A DNA stretch of 50,414 nucleotides. It comes from Octopus bimaculoides. Its lineage: Eukaryota. Location: contig NC_069002.1 of the NCBI RefSeq assembly GCF_001194135.2, forward strand, positions 28,945,718 to 28,996,131, in the 5' to 3' direction. Each line of letters opens with the position of its first letter. The first letter of the stretch is position 1. Positions 25,077 to 35,665 of the stretch are shown here, in pieces. The notes below the pieces were generated by a model that was given only the letters and a program-made list of their open reading frames with translations, did no database searches and had not been told where the DNA came from. The position numbers and the translations under genes were made by a program.

Positions 25077-26114
25077 AATGGTAAAAAGAACAATGGAAAA
25101 TAAAATCCACAGCTGAACAAGGAACTGGGATAGGAATGTACAGACAAAATGAAGAATTGTTTAGATTTCAGACAACTGTGGCTATTGTATTCTGTATCAT
25201 TGTAAATGGGTGCCAAAGAACAATCAAGTGTTACCTGTGGCAGGTAACAAGAGGCATGAGGCTAACAGTTGTGAGGGGAGGAGTTTAGTGGATCTCATCA
25301 ATACCAGTTGTAGACTGGTGCTTTCATGACTTTAAAGGAGATGATGACCATGGTGGGGATATATGGACTTGGAACATAAAAAGTCAAAATAAATACCACA
25401 AGGCATTTTGTTCGACTCACTAATGATTTTATGTATCTGGAGCCTTTCAGCATCATAATAATAATAATAATCCTTTCTACTATAGGCACAAGGCCTGAAA
25501 TTGGAGGAGAGAGATAGTCAATTACATCGACCCTGGAAGGATGAAAGGCAAAGCCAACCTTGGTGGAGTTTGAACTCAGAGCAACAGACAAAATGCTGCT
25601 AAACATTTCACCCACCAAGATAAAGATTCTGCCAGCTTACTGCCTTGATTTCAAATTTTGGCACAAGGTCAGTAAGTTTGAGTTAAATAACAGAATTGAT
25701 TAGTCAGTAAAACTACTCATGCCCCCCTCCCCTCAAATGGGCTTGGCTGGGTGGTAAGAAGTTTGCTTCCCAACCACATGTATCTAGGTTCAGTCCCACT
25801 GGTGAAATCTTGAGGCAGCTCACTGCCTTAATAATAATCCTTTCTACTGAAGGCCAGAAGTTGTGGTGGAGAGAACTAGTCAATTACATTGACCCCAGTG
25901 TTTCACTGGTACTTAATTAATCAACTCTGAAAGGACAAAAGGTAAAGTTGACCTTGGCAGAATTTGAACTCAACATAAAGATGGACAAAGATGAACTCAG
26001 AACGTAAAGATGGATTACACCTGTAGTTTTACTGACTAATCAATTCTGTTAATTAACTGTCCTGAAGTACATCATTAATACAGTTACTTTCTCTCGGAAA
26101 GCAAAATATTTTAC

Positions 26115-26292
26115 CTTTCGATACACACAATCGATCAGCGAGGATTTGATCTTTACTCCTAAATAAAGAGTCATTTGGAAATGTTGGTGATAGAAGAAAG
26201 ACTGCAGTAAATTTGAGGCAAACAGTACAAGAACAAGAACATAGCCTTTCCATTCTGGTTCATTAGGGGTTTCAGTGTGAGCAATCAATGCA
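26115..26292 (-). CDS. ABCC1: MRP exon E9 (178 nt, 2/0): ALIAHTETPNEPEWKGY...CVYRK
   Basis: P-x-WKGY, HQ-x-F and G-x-KIKS...YRK motifs; canonical splice sites. Confidence 0.96.
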
Positions 26293-26729
26293 CTGAAAAG
26301 AAAAAGGAAAATAAGGATTTCATTTATTTGTCACCAAAACGAGAAATAATATCTTCAAAAAATATTTAGACAAGATTATAATCTTTAATAACCACATGAA
26401 GGGACACCATATTTCATTTGGAAACTGTAATATACTATAAAGTATATCCCTTTAGCATTCAAACTGGGCATATCTGGCCAAAATATTCTACCTTTTTTAT
26501 GTTCTGAGTGGCCAGATCTAACCTCTTGCACCTACTCCACCATGTCATTCTAAAAGTAAACAATAACCTCACTGAAACCTTGAAACCACAGCATAATATA
26601 GAATTTAAAATGATGTGAATAAATATGCATTATATTTGATAGAATAATCTGCTAAAGGGATATTAAAGGTTTATAAGTTGATATTGTGTCCTACCTTTTT
26701 TGTGTTAGCACTGTGACTTTAGGGTGAGT

Positions 26730-27110
26730 TTTGTTAAATGGTCCTGAAACTTGGACTCTCATGAAAAAGCTTGAAAAACAGATGGATGGCTGCTACACAA
26801 GAATATTAAGAATGACTCTGAACGTCACATGGAAATCTGATTTAACCAATGAGAAGCTTTATCAAGATCTACCCAAAGTGATGGAGAAGATCCAGCAGGG
26901 AAGAACGAGAATTGCTGGTCACTACATCAGGCACCCAGAAGGACTTTGGTGTCAACTGGTTTTATGGCTGTCAGTTGAAGGAAGAATCAACAGAAGAAAC
27001 ACATCTAACCTATGTGGACAATTAGCTTCAGGACAGTGGAATGGCAAATGGTGATGCATTAAGAACATGCATTGAAGACTATGATGAATGGTGTGCTTAT
27101 GTGAAATCAT
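26730..27110 (+). mobile_element. RTE-like LINE ORF2 C-terminal fragment, a second subfamily
   Basis: ETWTL.KKLEK.MDGCYTR.LRM.LNV.W...TNEKLY...GH.IRHPE. Confidence 0.85.
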
Positions 27111-28159
27111 TGAAACATCCAGGAAGATGGCCAAACTAGACTAAATTTGTGTTAGCAGTTTGTTTTCTGTATAAAATCCGTAAAGATACAGACGGCATGA
27201 GGTAACTGGTGACTTCTCATTGAAGAGGTCCAATAGACCGAAATCACATAATATGAGAATTCTGGTGCCTGTGACAGATGAATTTCATCTGCTACCATCT
27301 ATGTGTGTGCTTTTATGCACCAAGCGCCTATATGAGAGGATACCTCAAGGCTAATAATGCAGGATTTGGTGTTCTAACAAGGCATCCATGTTAAGTTGGA
27401 TATAATGATTACCCTTTTGTATTAATAATGCTTCATAAACACACACGCACACACACACATGTATACTGGGCTTCATTCTGTCTAGCAAATTCCTTTAGAT
27501 GGTCAGTGTGGGATTATAGTTAGACAAAGTTAATCTATGGTGCCATGCAATGGGACTGAACCCAAAACTACATGGTTGCAAAATGAAGTTCTTAACCAGT
27601 TAAGGCCTTATCTACACCTATAATCAATATATAAAACAAAGACATCAGAAATAATTCTAAAATTTAGAGTCACAGCGAGCTTGATTAATTGGACAAATGA
27701 TTGACAGTCAGCATCTGGATTTGATGATCACACATCAGTTAATGCCATGTCTATTAATCTATGAATTAGCATCATGAGGAGATGTACAGATCACAGTTGT
27801 AAGCAGTCTTCTCGTGGATCAGAGGAGGGCAATGTGAAACATTCCTACAAGACCCTCACCAAATTCTCAATCACTTGGCACCACTTTCAACCTCTCATCA
27901 TCTTTTCATAGCCCCTTTCAGTTGCTGGGATGGTTTGGATGGTTTGACAGAAATCAAATTTCACAATATAAATTCTTAAAAACAACAACAGGCATGGCTG
28001 TGTGGAGTAGAAGCTGGCTTTTATAATCGCGTGCTCTCGAGTTCAATCCCATTGTGTGGCACTTTGAGCAAGTGCCTTCAACTATGGCCCCAAAACCTTG
28101 TGAGTGGATTTGGTAGACAGAAACTGAAAGATGCCTGTCACATATGTCTGTTTATATCA

Positions 28160-28650
28160 TCATAATTTAATGTCCATCTTCCATGCTAGCATGGGTTGGA
28201 CAGTTTGATGCGAACTGGTAAGGCTAGGGGCCATACCAGATTCCATAGTCTGTTTTTGTTAGATTCCTATGGCTGGATGCCCTTCCTAATGTCAACCACT
28301 TCACAGCATGAACTGGGTGGTTTTTACATGGAACCAACACCCATACCAACACTTTACGTGGCACCTTGGTTTTAGGATTGCAATTTTGTTGGGGTAGGCA
28401 GGTCTTCTTGATTACAACAATGTGCCACATATTTTAGTCATCTGTCATCACCTTCATTAGGTTCAGCGTCTTGAGATTAGCCTTCAAAACTTTGTCCCAT
28501 GTTTTCCTCTTCCACAACTTCCTTCCACTTTAAGTGATCAGCACTTCTTTATGCAACCATCCTCATCACATGATCAAACCAGTCTCTTGCACACTGCATG
28601 TAGGAGACCAGTCTCGTCTCTTGCACACTGCATGTAGGAGACTGTGCTGG
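28160..28650 (-). mobile_element. RTE-clade LINE 3' end fragment
   Basis: Reverse complement resembles 23700-24150. Confidence 0.75.
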
Positions 28651-29128
28651 TATGCTTATGGGATAGGGATGAACAGGGACAGTTGCATAAAGAAGTCTAC
28701 ATGAATGCATATGTATGTGTGTGCCACCATTGCTTGACAATCATAGTTTGCTTACATCTGTGTAACTTAACAGTTTGGCAAAAGAGACTGACAGAACAAG
28801 CACCAGGTTTTAAAAAAATTAGTACTTGGGTCAATTTGTTTGATCTCTTCAGGCAGTGCTTCAGCATGGCCACAGTCTGATGACAGAAACAAAAACTAAA
28901 CATCATCAACAACATCACTTAACGTCCCCTTTCCCGAGCTGGCATGGGTTGGACAGTTTGACAAGAACAGATGAGCCAGAGGACTGCCGATTCCAATGTC
29001 TTCTTTGACATGGTTTCTACAGCTTAGTGCCCTTCCTAATGCAAACAACTCAACGGAATGTACTGGGTGCTTTTTATGCGGCAATTCAATAATTTATAAG
29101 AAATCACAGTAATTTAATAAAAACGAAC

Positions 29129-29353
29129 CTGAGAATTTGTGGACTGACGAACTGTAGTAAATCATACAAGAGTTTGACTAGCTGAGAAATGACAAAATAG
29201 AACCAGTTCACAGCAAATAATGTCCGCAACAAAGAAGGTTTGGTCGAGCCTTTCTTTGGTTGAGGATCTGTGAATGTTGTATCTTCTGTGTTGCGAAGAA
29301 GTGGAGTGGTCTCCGAATCAGGCTCCGATACAGGCTCAACACGGCAAGATTCT
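29129..29353 (-). CDS. ABCC1: MRP exon E8 (225 nt, 2/2): L0 and TM6, ...KPSLLRTLF...KLLYDLLQFVSPQIL
   Basis: Acceptor tttag, donor gttcgt; PSL and D-L-x-x-F-x-x-PQIL motifs. Confidence 0.93.
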
Positions 29354-29778
29354 CTAAATGCATAAAAATACAAAATAAAATATTGAATTAAATGTGAAAA
29401 TAAAGACAGAAGGAATTTGTGTGAGAGTAATTGGCGCTGAAGATTATTTTAGCATTAAGTAATCCAGCCTATGGTAAGCGATTTCTTAATTCCTCTACAT
29501 CACACACACCTGCACATCCAACCATTTGTCTGAGAGTAGTTGGAACTAGAGATTATTTTAGCCTAAAGTAACTCTCAGAAATTCCTTGATGCTGCACATA
29601 TCGGCACATGGAACCAAAACATATCTGAAGCAGGTATACGAGTTATACTTCTACAGAAATGCATCTGTTACATTTCTTTAATACTAAGTTTAACTCTTTA
29701 GTTGTGCCTTGTATCAAGTCTTAACAGAAATGAAATGGTGACAAAAAAAAAAACAATACTTTTATTTGAATAACAAAT

Positions 29779-29965
29779 ATGGAGAGAGAGGCGGAGGTGG
29801 AGAGAGGCAGAGGCGGAGAGGGAGAGAGGCAGAGGTGGAGAGGGAGAGAGGCAGAGAGGGAGAGAAGCGGAGAAGAAGAGAGGCATATGCGGAGAGGGAG
29901 AGAGGCAGAGAGGAAGAGAAGCGGAGAAGAAGAGAGGCATATGCGGAGAGAGGCAGAGGCGGAGG
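29779..29965. repeat. Purine-rich (GA) tandem repeat with a duplicated unit of about 54 bp, abutting a SINE head
   Basis: GAGAAGCGGAGAAGAAGAGAGGCATATGCGGAGAG occurs twice. Confidence 0.9.
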
Positions 29966-30267
29966 TGCTGCACAGTGGGACTGAACCCAAGACCACATGG
30001 TTAGGAAGCAAGCTTCTTAACCACAGAGCCATGCCTGCACCTATTACTTCATAATAAAGGGAAATAACCTGGAAATCGCGATACACAGATATTGTTTTGA
30101 GCTGAGAGGGGTGCTAGATTCCCTTGTTCGAAAATATAGGGGGACAGATCGTGTCATATAGCCAGCTGGAGATGATCTCCTGGGGCTAAATTACAGCAAC
30201 ATTAGTCCTATAGGAAAGTTGGTTATACATCATTAGATGTATACCTGACTTTCCTATATAAAATTAA

Positions 30268-30617
30268 TGGAATATAACGGAACGCTGAACTCCAGACTAT
30301 CAACTTAAACAACACTTTATTTAGGTGGTAAATATATACATCTTTAGCACTTGTTGTTACAGCTCCTGTGTGCGTGAGCATAGTTGTTGGGACGTTGTTA
30401 TGTAGATGTGAGCGAGCTGTCGAGTGTAAGTCCTAAAGATGGAGAGTGACAGCTATACACGTAAAGAGACTGTCTCCAGGTTGGAATGTTGGAGACACTG
30501 TTTGACACGTCCATGCTCTATTGCTGGCCAGCAAGAAAGAGATAGAATTAAGCGGGAAAGCTTGCTTGTTTAATTCCACGCATGCGTGAGACTACGCATG
30601 CGCACGGCGTTACTACA
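30268..30617 (-). mobile_element. Putative solo LTR (350 bp)
   Basis: Minus strand starts TGTAGTAACG and ends CGTTATATTCCA; AATAAA about 50 nt before the end; CpG-rich; no clear TSD. Confidence 0.5.
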
Positions 30618-30689
30618 GTCCTAAACCAGGACTGCCATGTTACGTTGAAAAAGATAGTTACATCACACCCAGTGCGCACATATCCGAAC

Positions 30690-31018
30690 CTCACAAACTA
30701 AGCAGCAAAAAAGGTTGATCAGATTTGTGAAACTGGTGTTTAGCTTTTAAGATAATATTTGCTTTGGAATTACTGCATCCAACCAAGAGAATTGCTTTCA
30801 AATGTTCAGTCAACCGTGTTCGATGTGCTGACTTCACATACATCATTTTTGAAAATGTTTGCTCAAAGACATAAATTGTTCCAAACACTGATGTCGCACC
30901 AGCGGCAAATGAACTCTCATTGCAGGTACTTACACAAAAGGTACAATGCGATGGCGGGCCGGATGAACCGACCCCGCAGGCCTGATCCAGCCTACGGGCT
31001 GTAGTTTGGTGAGCCCTA
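30690..31018 (-). mobile_element. Internally deleted hAT (Charlie/SPIN-like) element: terminus joined to the transposase C-terminus
   Basis: MFGTIYVFEQTFSKMMYVKS.HR.RLT resembles the hAT dimerisation tail; end TAGGGCTCACCAAACTACAGCCCG. Confidence 0.75.
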
Positions 31019-31614
31019 TATAGTCATAATATAATGTGCTGGTGTATGTCAGGCAACATGGTATAGTATAGTATAGTATAGTAAGACAACAGAATAACAC
31101 CATTAGTAAAAGAGGTTGGGAAGGTGAAGGAGGAGGGTGGAATGTTCTAACTGAATAAATTAAGGGAAGCTCTTTTTTCTTGTTAACTGCTTTTCACTTC
31201 TCTTAACCTCTTTTAATGTATTCAGTTACAGTATTTCATCCTCTTCCTTTACTTTTCTAACCTTTCCTTATTTCTTTATTGCCCACAGAGGGGACAAACA
31301 AAGACAGACAAAGTGATTAAGTCGATTACATTGACCCCAGTGCATAACTGGTACTTAATTTATCGACCCCGAAAGGATGAAAGGCAAAGTCGACCTTGGT
31401 GGAATTTGAACTCACAACGTAACAGGCGAAATACTGCTCAGCATTTCGCCCGGTGTGCTAACGTTTCTGCCAGCTCGCGGTCTTTCTAACCTTTCCTACT
31501 AACAGCATTGCCCTGTTGTCTTACTAATATATTTAATATTGGAAAATATAAAATGGATTTAAAATCAAAGTGGTTAACATATTTCAGAAAAAGAACAAAC
31601 AAAAGAGGATTTAC

Positions 31615-31746
31615 ATTTTTTGCTTTGATAATTCTTTGGCCCAATAACGTTTGAATTCCGGAACACTTCGACTATATTGTAAATGTTTAGGTAGATCCCA
31701 CAAATCGGATTCTTCAAGACTCTTTTTGTAACCATCTATGATCAAT
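31615..31746 (-). CDS. ABCC1: MRP exon E7 (132 nt, 2/2): LIIDGYKKSLEESDLWDL...WAKELSKQK
   Basis: Hand-translated; GY-xx-L-xx-DLW lasso motif; acceptor ttccag, donor gtaaat. Confidence 0.95.
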
Positions 31747-31870
31747 CTGGAAAGAGAAAGAGAGAAAAATAAAATCAAATAAAAGCACTCAAATATTTAC
31801 ATTTCAGCTTGCTCAAACCACTCGAATGGTTCAGGCTGCAGTAACAGTGTAGGGCTTGACAAACTGTAAC

Positions 31871-32498
31871 AAGGGTGGGGAAACCCCCTGCAGGCTGGAA
31901 TACTCGTATGTACAAAATATAGTCAACTTTTCAATTATAAAATTTATACAATACTCGTAAACCTCTTTGCGACACTAGGTCATCTTTCCACTACGACTTA
32001 AAACATTTAGACTTGAACAGAAACTCATCTGGCAATTGCTATTTGAATGGAAATTTTGTTTTCATTATAAAACACATATTGCTAGGTTTGTACCACCCCC
32101 TTGAGACCCAACTACACTATCTGTAAACTATAGAATACCTCATATGTAATATAAATGTCCTAAATTCGGTGGTGGCATTAATGAAGATGTTACGTGTTAA
32201 TATGTTAAATTTATCTTTATTAATGTATATCGAATTATACATAGATATATGTTAGAAAGGGCATCCAGCTGTAGAAACTCTGCCAATTCAGATTGGAGCC
32301 TGGTGTAGCCATCTGGTTTACCGGTCCTCGGTCAAATCGTCCAGCCCATGCTAGCATGGAAAGCGGACGTTAAACAATGACGAAGATGATGATATACAAG
32401 TTCTACACAAATATAAGAGTTAGAACTTGTGATCCTGCTGCAGACCCTTTTTTCTTGGAAATTTTTGCCCGCGGTACTAAAAAGTTTCCCCACCCCGA
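31871..32498. mobile_element. Putative hAT-type non-autonomous element containing an RTE-tail insertion (about 32250-32395)
   Basis: Perfect 12-bp IR GGGTGGGGAAAC (31873-31884) and GTTTCCCCACCC (32484-32495); flanks ACTGTAAC/GCTATAAC (6 of 8 match). Confidence 0.5.
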
Positions 32499-33601
32499 GC
32501 TATAACGGCAATCTGCCAAGGGTCAACACAAACAATCTTAAAAGAAATACAATATATACATATGTAGGTAGTTAGGGTAAATCCCAGCTGTTTCCTCTTG
32601 AATCACATCTATTTATTTCCATCAAATGTGTGATCACAGTTGTAACTGTATCTCTTTTACTCTTTTATTTGTGTCAGTCATTTGAGTGTGGCCATGCTGG
32701 AGCACCGCCTTTAATCGAGCAAATCGACCCCGGGACTTATTCTTTGTAAGCCTAGTACTTATTCAATCAGGCTCTTTTGCCGAACCGCTAAGTGACGGGG
32801 ACATAAACACACCAGCATAATAAACACAAACCGCGATCCTATGACCGCGACTCCGCTACCTTAACCACTGGGCCATTGCGTATCCACCATTCTAAAAGTA
32901 AGCAAACATCAAAATCTCAAATCAATGAGATAATGCATGATTAATTAAAAAAACATGATTAAATAAGCATTACATTTTATATAGTAATCCGAATGCTAAA
33001 AGTGTCATTCTTTAGCATTTAAACCAGCCAAATCTGCTCCAACTATTCTACCTGTTTTATGTTCAAACTAGCCAGATCCAGCCTCTCACACCTATCCTAC
33101 AATGTCATTTTAAAACCAAACACATCATTATAATGCATGATTAATTAAAGACAGTATGATTAAATAAGCATTACATTTGATATAGGGCTCAAAGTGAAAA
33201 TCAAGAGAAAAATTCCTTTGCTATCATTCGTTCCATTTCTTTTACAAAAGAATTGTTCTGAAATGTGCTTTTCGAGTTATTGTTTTTGACAAACTTCAAA
33301 GAATTGCTGGCTTTGATCTATTTTCTCTTAACTAGATACGGCTGTGAGGTAAAGAAGTTAAAATGTTTGGCTCATGGGGAGTAAACACAGCAACTCCAGC
33401 TGTCAGGTGGTGCGGGAGGACAAATACTCATACAAAAACACATGCACAATGGGCTTCTTTCAGTTTCCATCTACCAAATCCACTCACAAGAATTTGGTCA
33501 GCTCACGGCTATAATAGAAAACACTTGCCCAAGGTGCCACACAGTGGAGCTGAACCTGTAACTATGTGGTTGGGTAGCAAACGTTTTACCACACAGCCAC
33601 A

Positions 33602-34003
33602 TACTCTCTTTTTACTCTTTTACTTGTTTCAGTCATTTGACTGCGGCCAAACTGGAGCACAGCCTTTAGTCGAGCAAATCAAACCCAGGACTTATTCTTT
33701 GGAAGCCTAGTACTTATTCTATCGGTCTCTATTGCCAAACCGCTAAGTTACAGGGATGTAAATACACCAGCATCGGTTGTCAAGCGAATTTGGGGGGACA
33801 AACACAGACACAAACATATACACACACATACATATATATACATATACACGACGGGCTTCTTTCAGTTTCCATCTACCAAATCCACTCACAAGGATTTGGT
33901 CAGCCCAAGGCTAGAATAGAAAATACTTGCCCAAGGTGCCACGCGGTGGAGCTGAATCTGTAACTATGTGGTTTGGAAGCAAACGTTTTACCACACAGCC
34001 ACA
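33602..34003 (-). mobile_element. SINE family A, full length, preceded by a partial copy at about 33400-33601
   Basis: Family A tail and head are recognisable. Confidence 0.85.
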
Positions 34004-34212
34004 TGTTGAAATATATTTACTTAAACGTGTTTACTTCGTCACAATGATTAACATTCCTGATTTTCTTGTTTTTAATTCTCTTACATTAGCTCAAGCTTTA
34101 TTTCAGCCTTTTATCATCATGTTATCAATAAAATAAATATTTGTACTCAATTAACAACATGCTGTCACTTAAAACTTGTTTTATTTTGGTCCATAACCTT
34201 TTTACTTGATTT

Positions 34213-34613
34213 TATTATCTCCGCCAAGGAAGAAGGTTATGTTTTCATCGGTGTTGGTTTGTCCGTCTGTGTGCAAAATAACTCAAAAAGTTGTGAACAG
34301 TATTTGATGAAATTTGCAGGAAAAGTTGGTAATGACACAAGGAACTGACGATGAAATTTTGGTAGTGATCCGGGAATTTTTATGGATTCTTGAAGGATTT
34401 TTCTTTTGTTATATTTACTTTACATGAAGTATTACAATGTTAAGTTCTTTGATTATCTCCCTTGAAAACACGTTCATCATTTCCACCTAACCTATGGTGG
34501 CGTTGCTGTTTTCAAAGTTTATTTTCGTTTCTCTATTAGTAATTTTACTCGCGTATCTATCTTAAAATGAGCTGCTTGGCAGAGATCTGCGCTCTCCGAA
34601 TGCTTTTCTAGTT
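34213..34613 (+). mobile_element. Non-autonomous Helentron-type (HINE/DINE-1-like) element
   Basis: Sub-terminal IRs TCTCCGCCAAG (34219-34229) and CTTGGCAGAGA (34575-34585), 3' stem GCGCTCTCCGAATGC, terminus TTTTCTAGTT. Confidence 0.75.
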
Positions 34614-35071
34614 TGTTTTGTAGTCAAAGGAGGAAGCAAAGCAATGATAAGAGTCTACGCAGGCCTTCCAAATTCCTAAGGTTGTAGCCACGTGGAGATT
34701 GAACTTGCAGTTTTTAATGCCAACAGAAACAATATGGGCAGAGTGGCAGCACTGGGCTAAAAGTCTGGATTAGGTGAAATAAACATCAGAGATGCTCTGC
34801 TTCATGTAGAAACTACAGAAGCTACTCAGAAGTTTTGCAGGCCCTTCTGAATCCATTGCAGTATTGTAAACCCTTCTTTATCACTAGCAGATATCTCAGG
34901 GTCACAAGTGTTCTGCTCCCCTCAGCTTCGTACTCTTCGCCTGAGTGGAATAGTAAGGACTGAACTAGTCTTGGATCTTTCTGATTTGGCGGACACCATT
35001 TTTTATTTAGTGCGTTTTCTATCGAAACATTTTAAAACTTCATATACTTGTATATTTTGTTTAATAGAACA

Positions 35072-35665
35072 GAGAAAAATGTATATATTCGAAGTTATTT
35101 CACGTTAAAAGTGGTCGTTTTTCAGTAATTTCAACCAATCACTGACGTCTATTGAGGTGAAAACAATTACTGCTGTGGATTGTCAACAACACGTTGTGGC
35201 GGTGTAATGGGATCTTTTCCCTTGAATAAAACTAGGGCCGTTGTTTGTCAATAACAACTATCGGCAGTCCTGTTATTTATGACATCGTTCATGCATTTCT
35301 ACTGGTTTTAGCTTTAGGGTTTTAGGGTTATGAGTACTTTTGCCAAATCAGGTGAAAAATTTGTGGCAGTGTATTGAACAGATTTTCACCAAATTTGGCA
35401 AAAGTACTCATAACCCTAAAACCCCAAAGCTAAAACCAGTACAAACACATGAATGATGTCATAACAGTACCGCCGATAGATGTTGTTGACAAACAACGGC
35501 ACTAATTTTATTCAAGGGAAAAGATCTCATTACACCGCCACAACATGTTGTTGACAATCCACAGCAGCAATTGTTTTCACCTCAATAGACGTCAGTGATT
35601 GGTTGAAATTATCGAAATACGACAATTTTAACACGAAATAACTTTAAAAATATAAACTTTTCTCA
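35072..35665. repeat. Long imperfect palindrome (fold-back element), arms of about 290 bp
   Basis: For example AATTTCAACCAATCACTGACGTCTATTGAGGTGAAAACAATT and its exact reverse complement at about 35569-35610. Confidence 0.92.
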
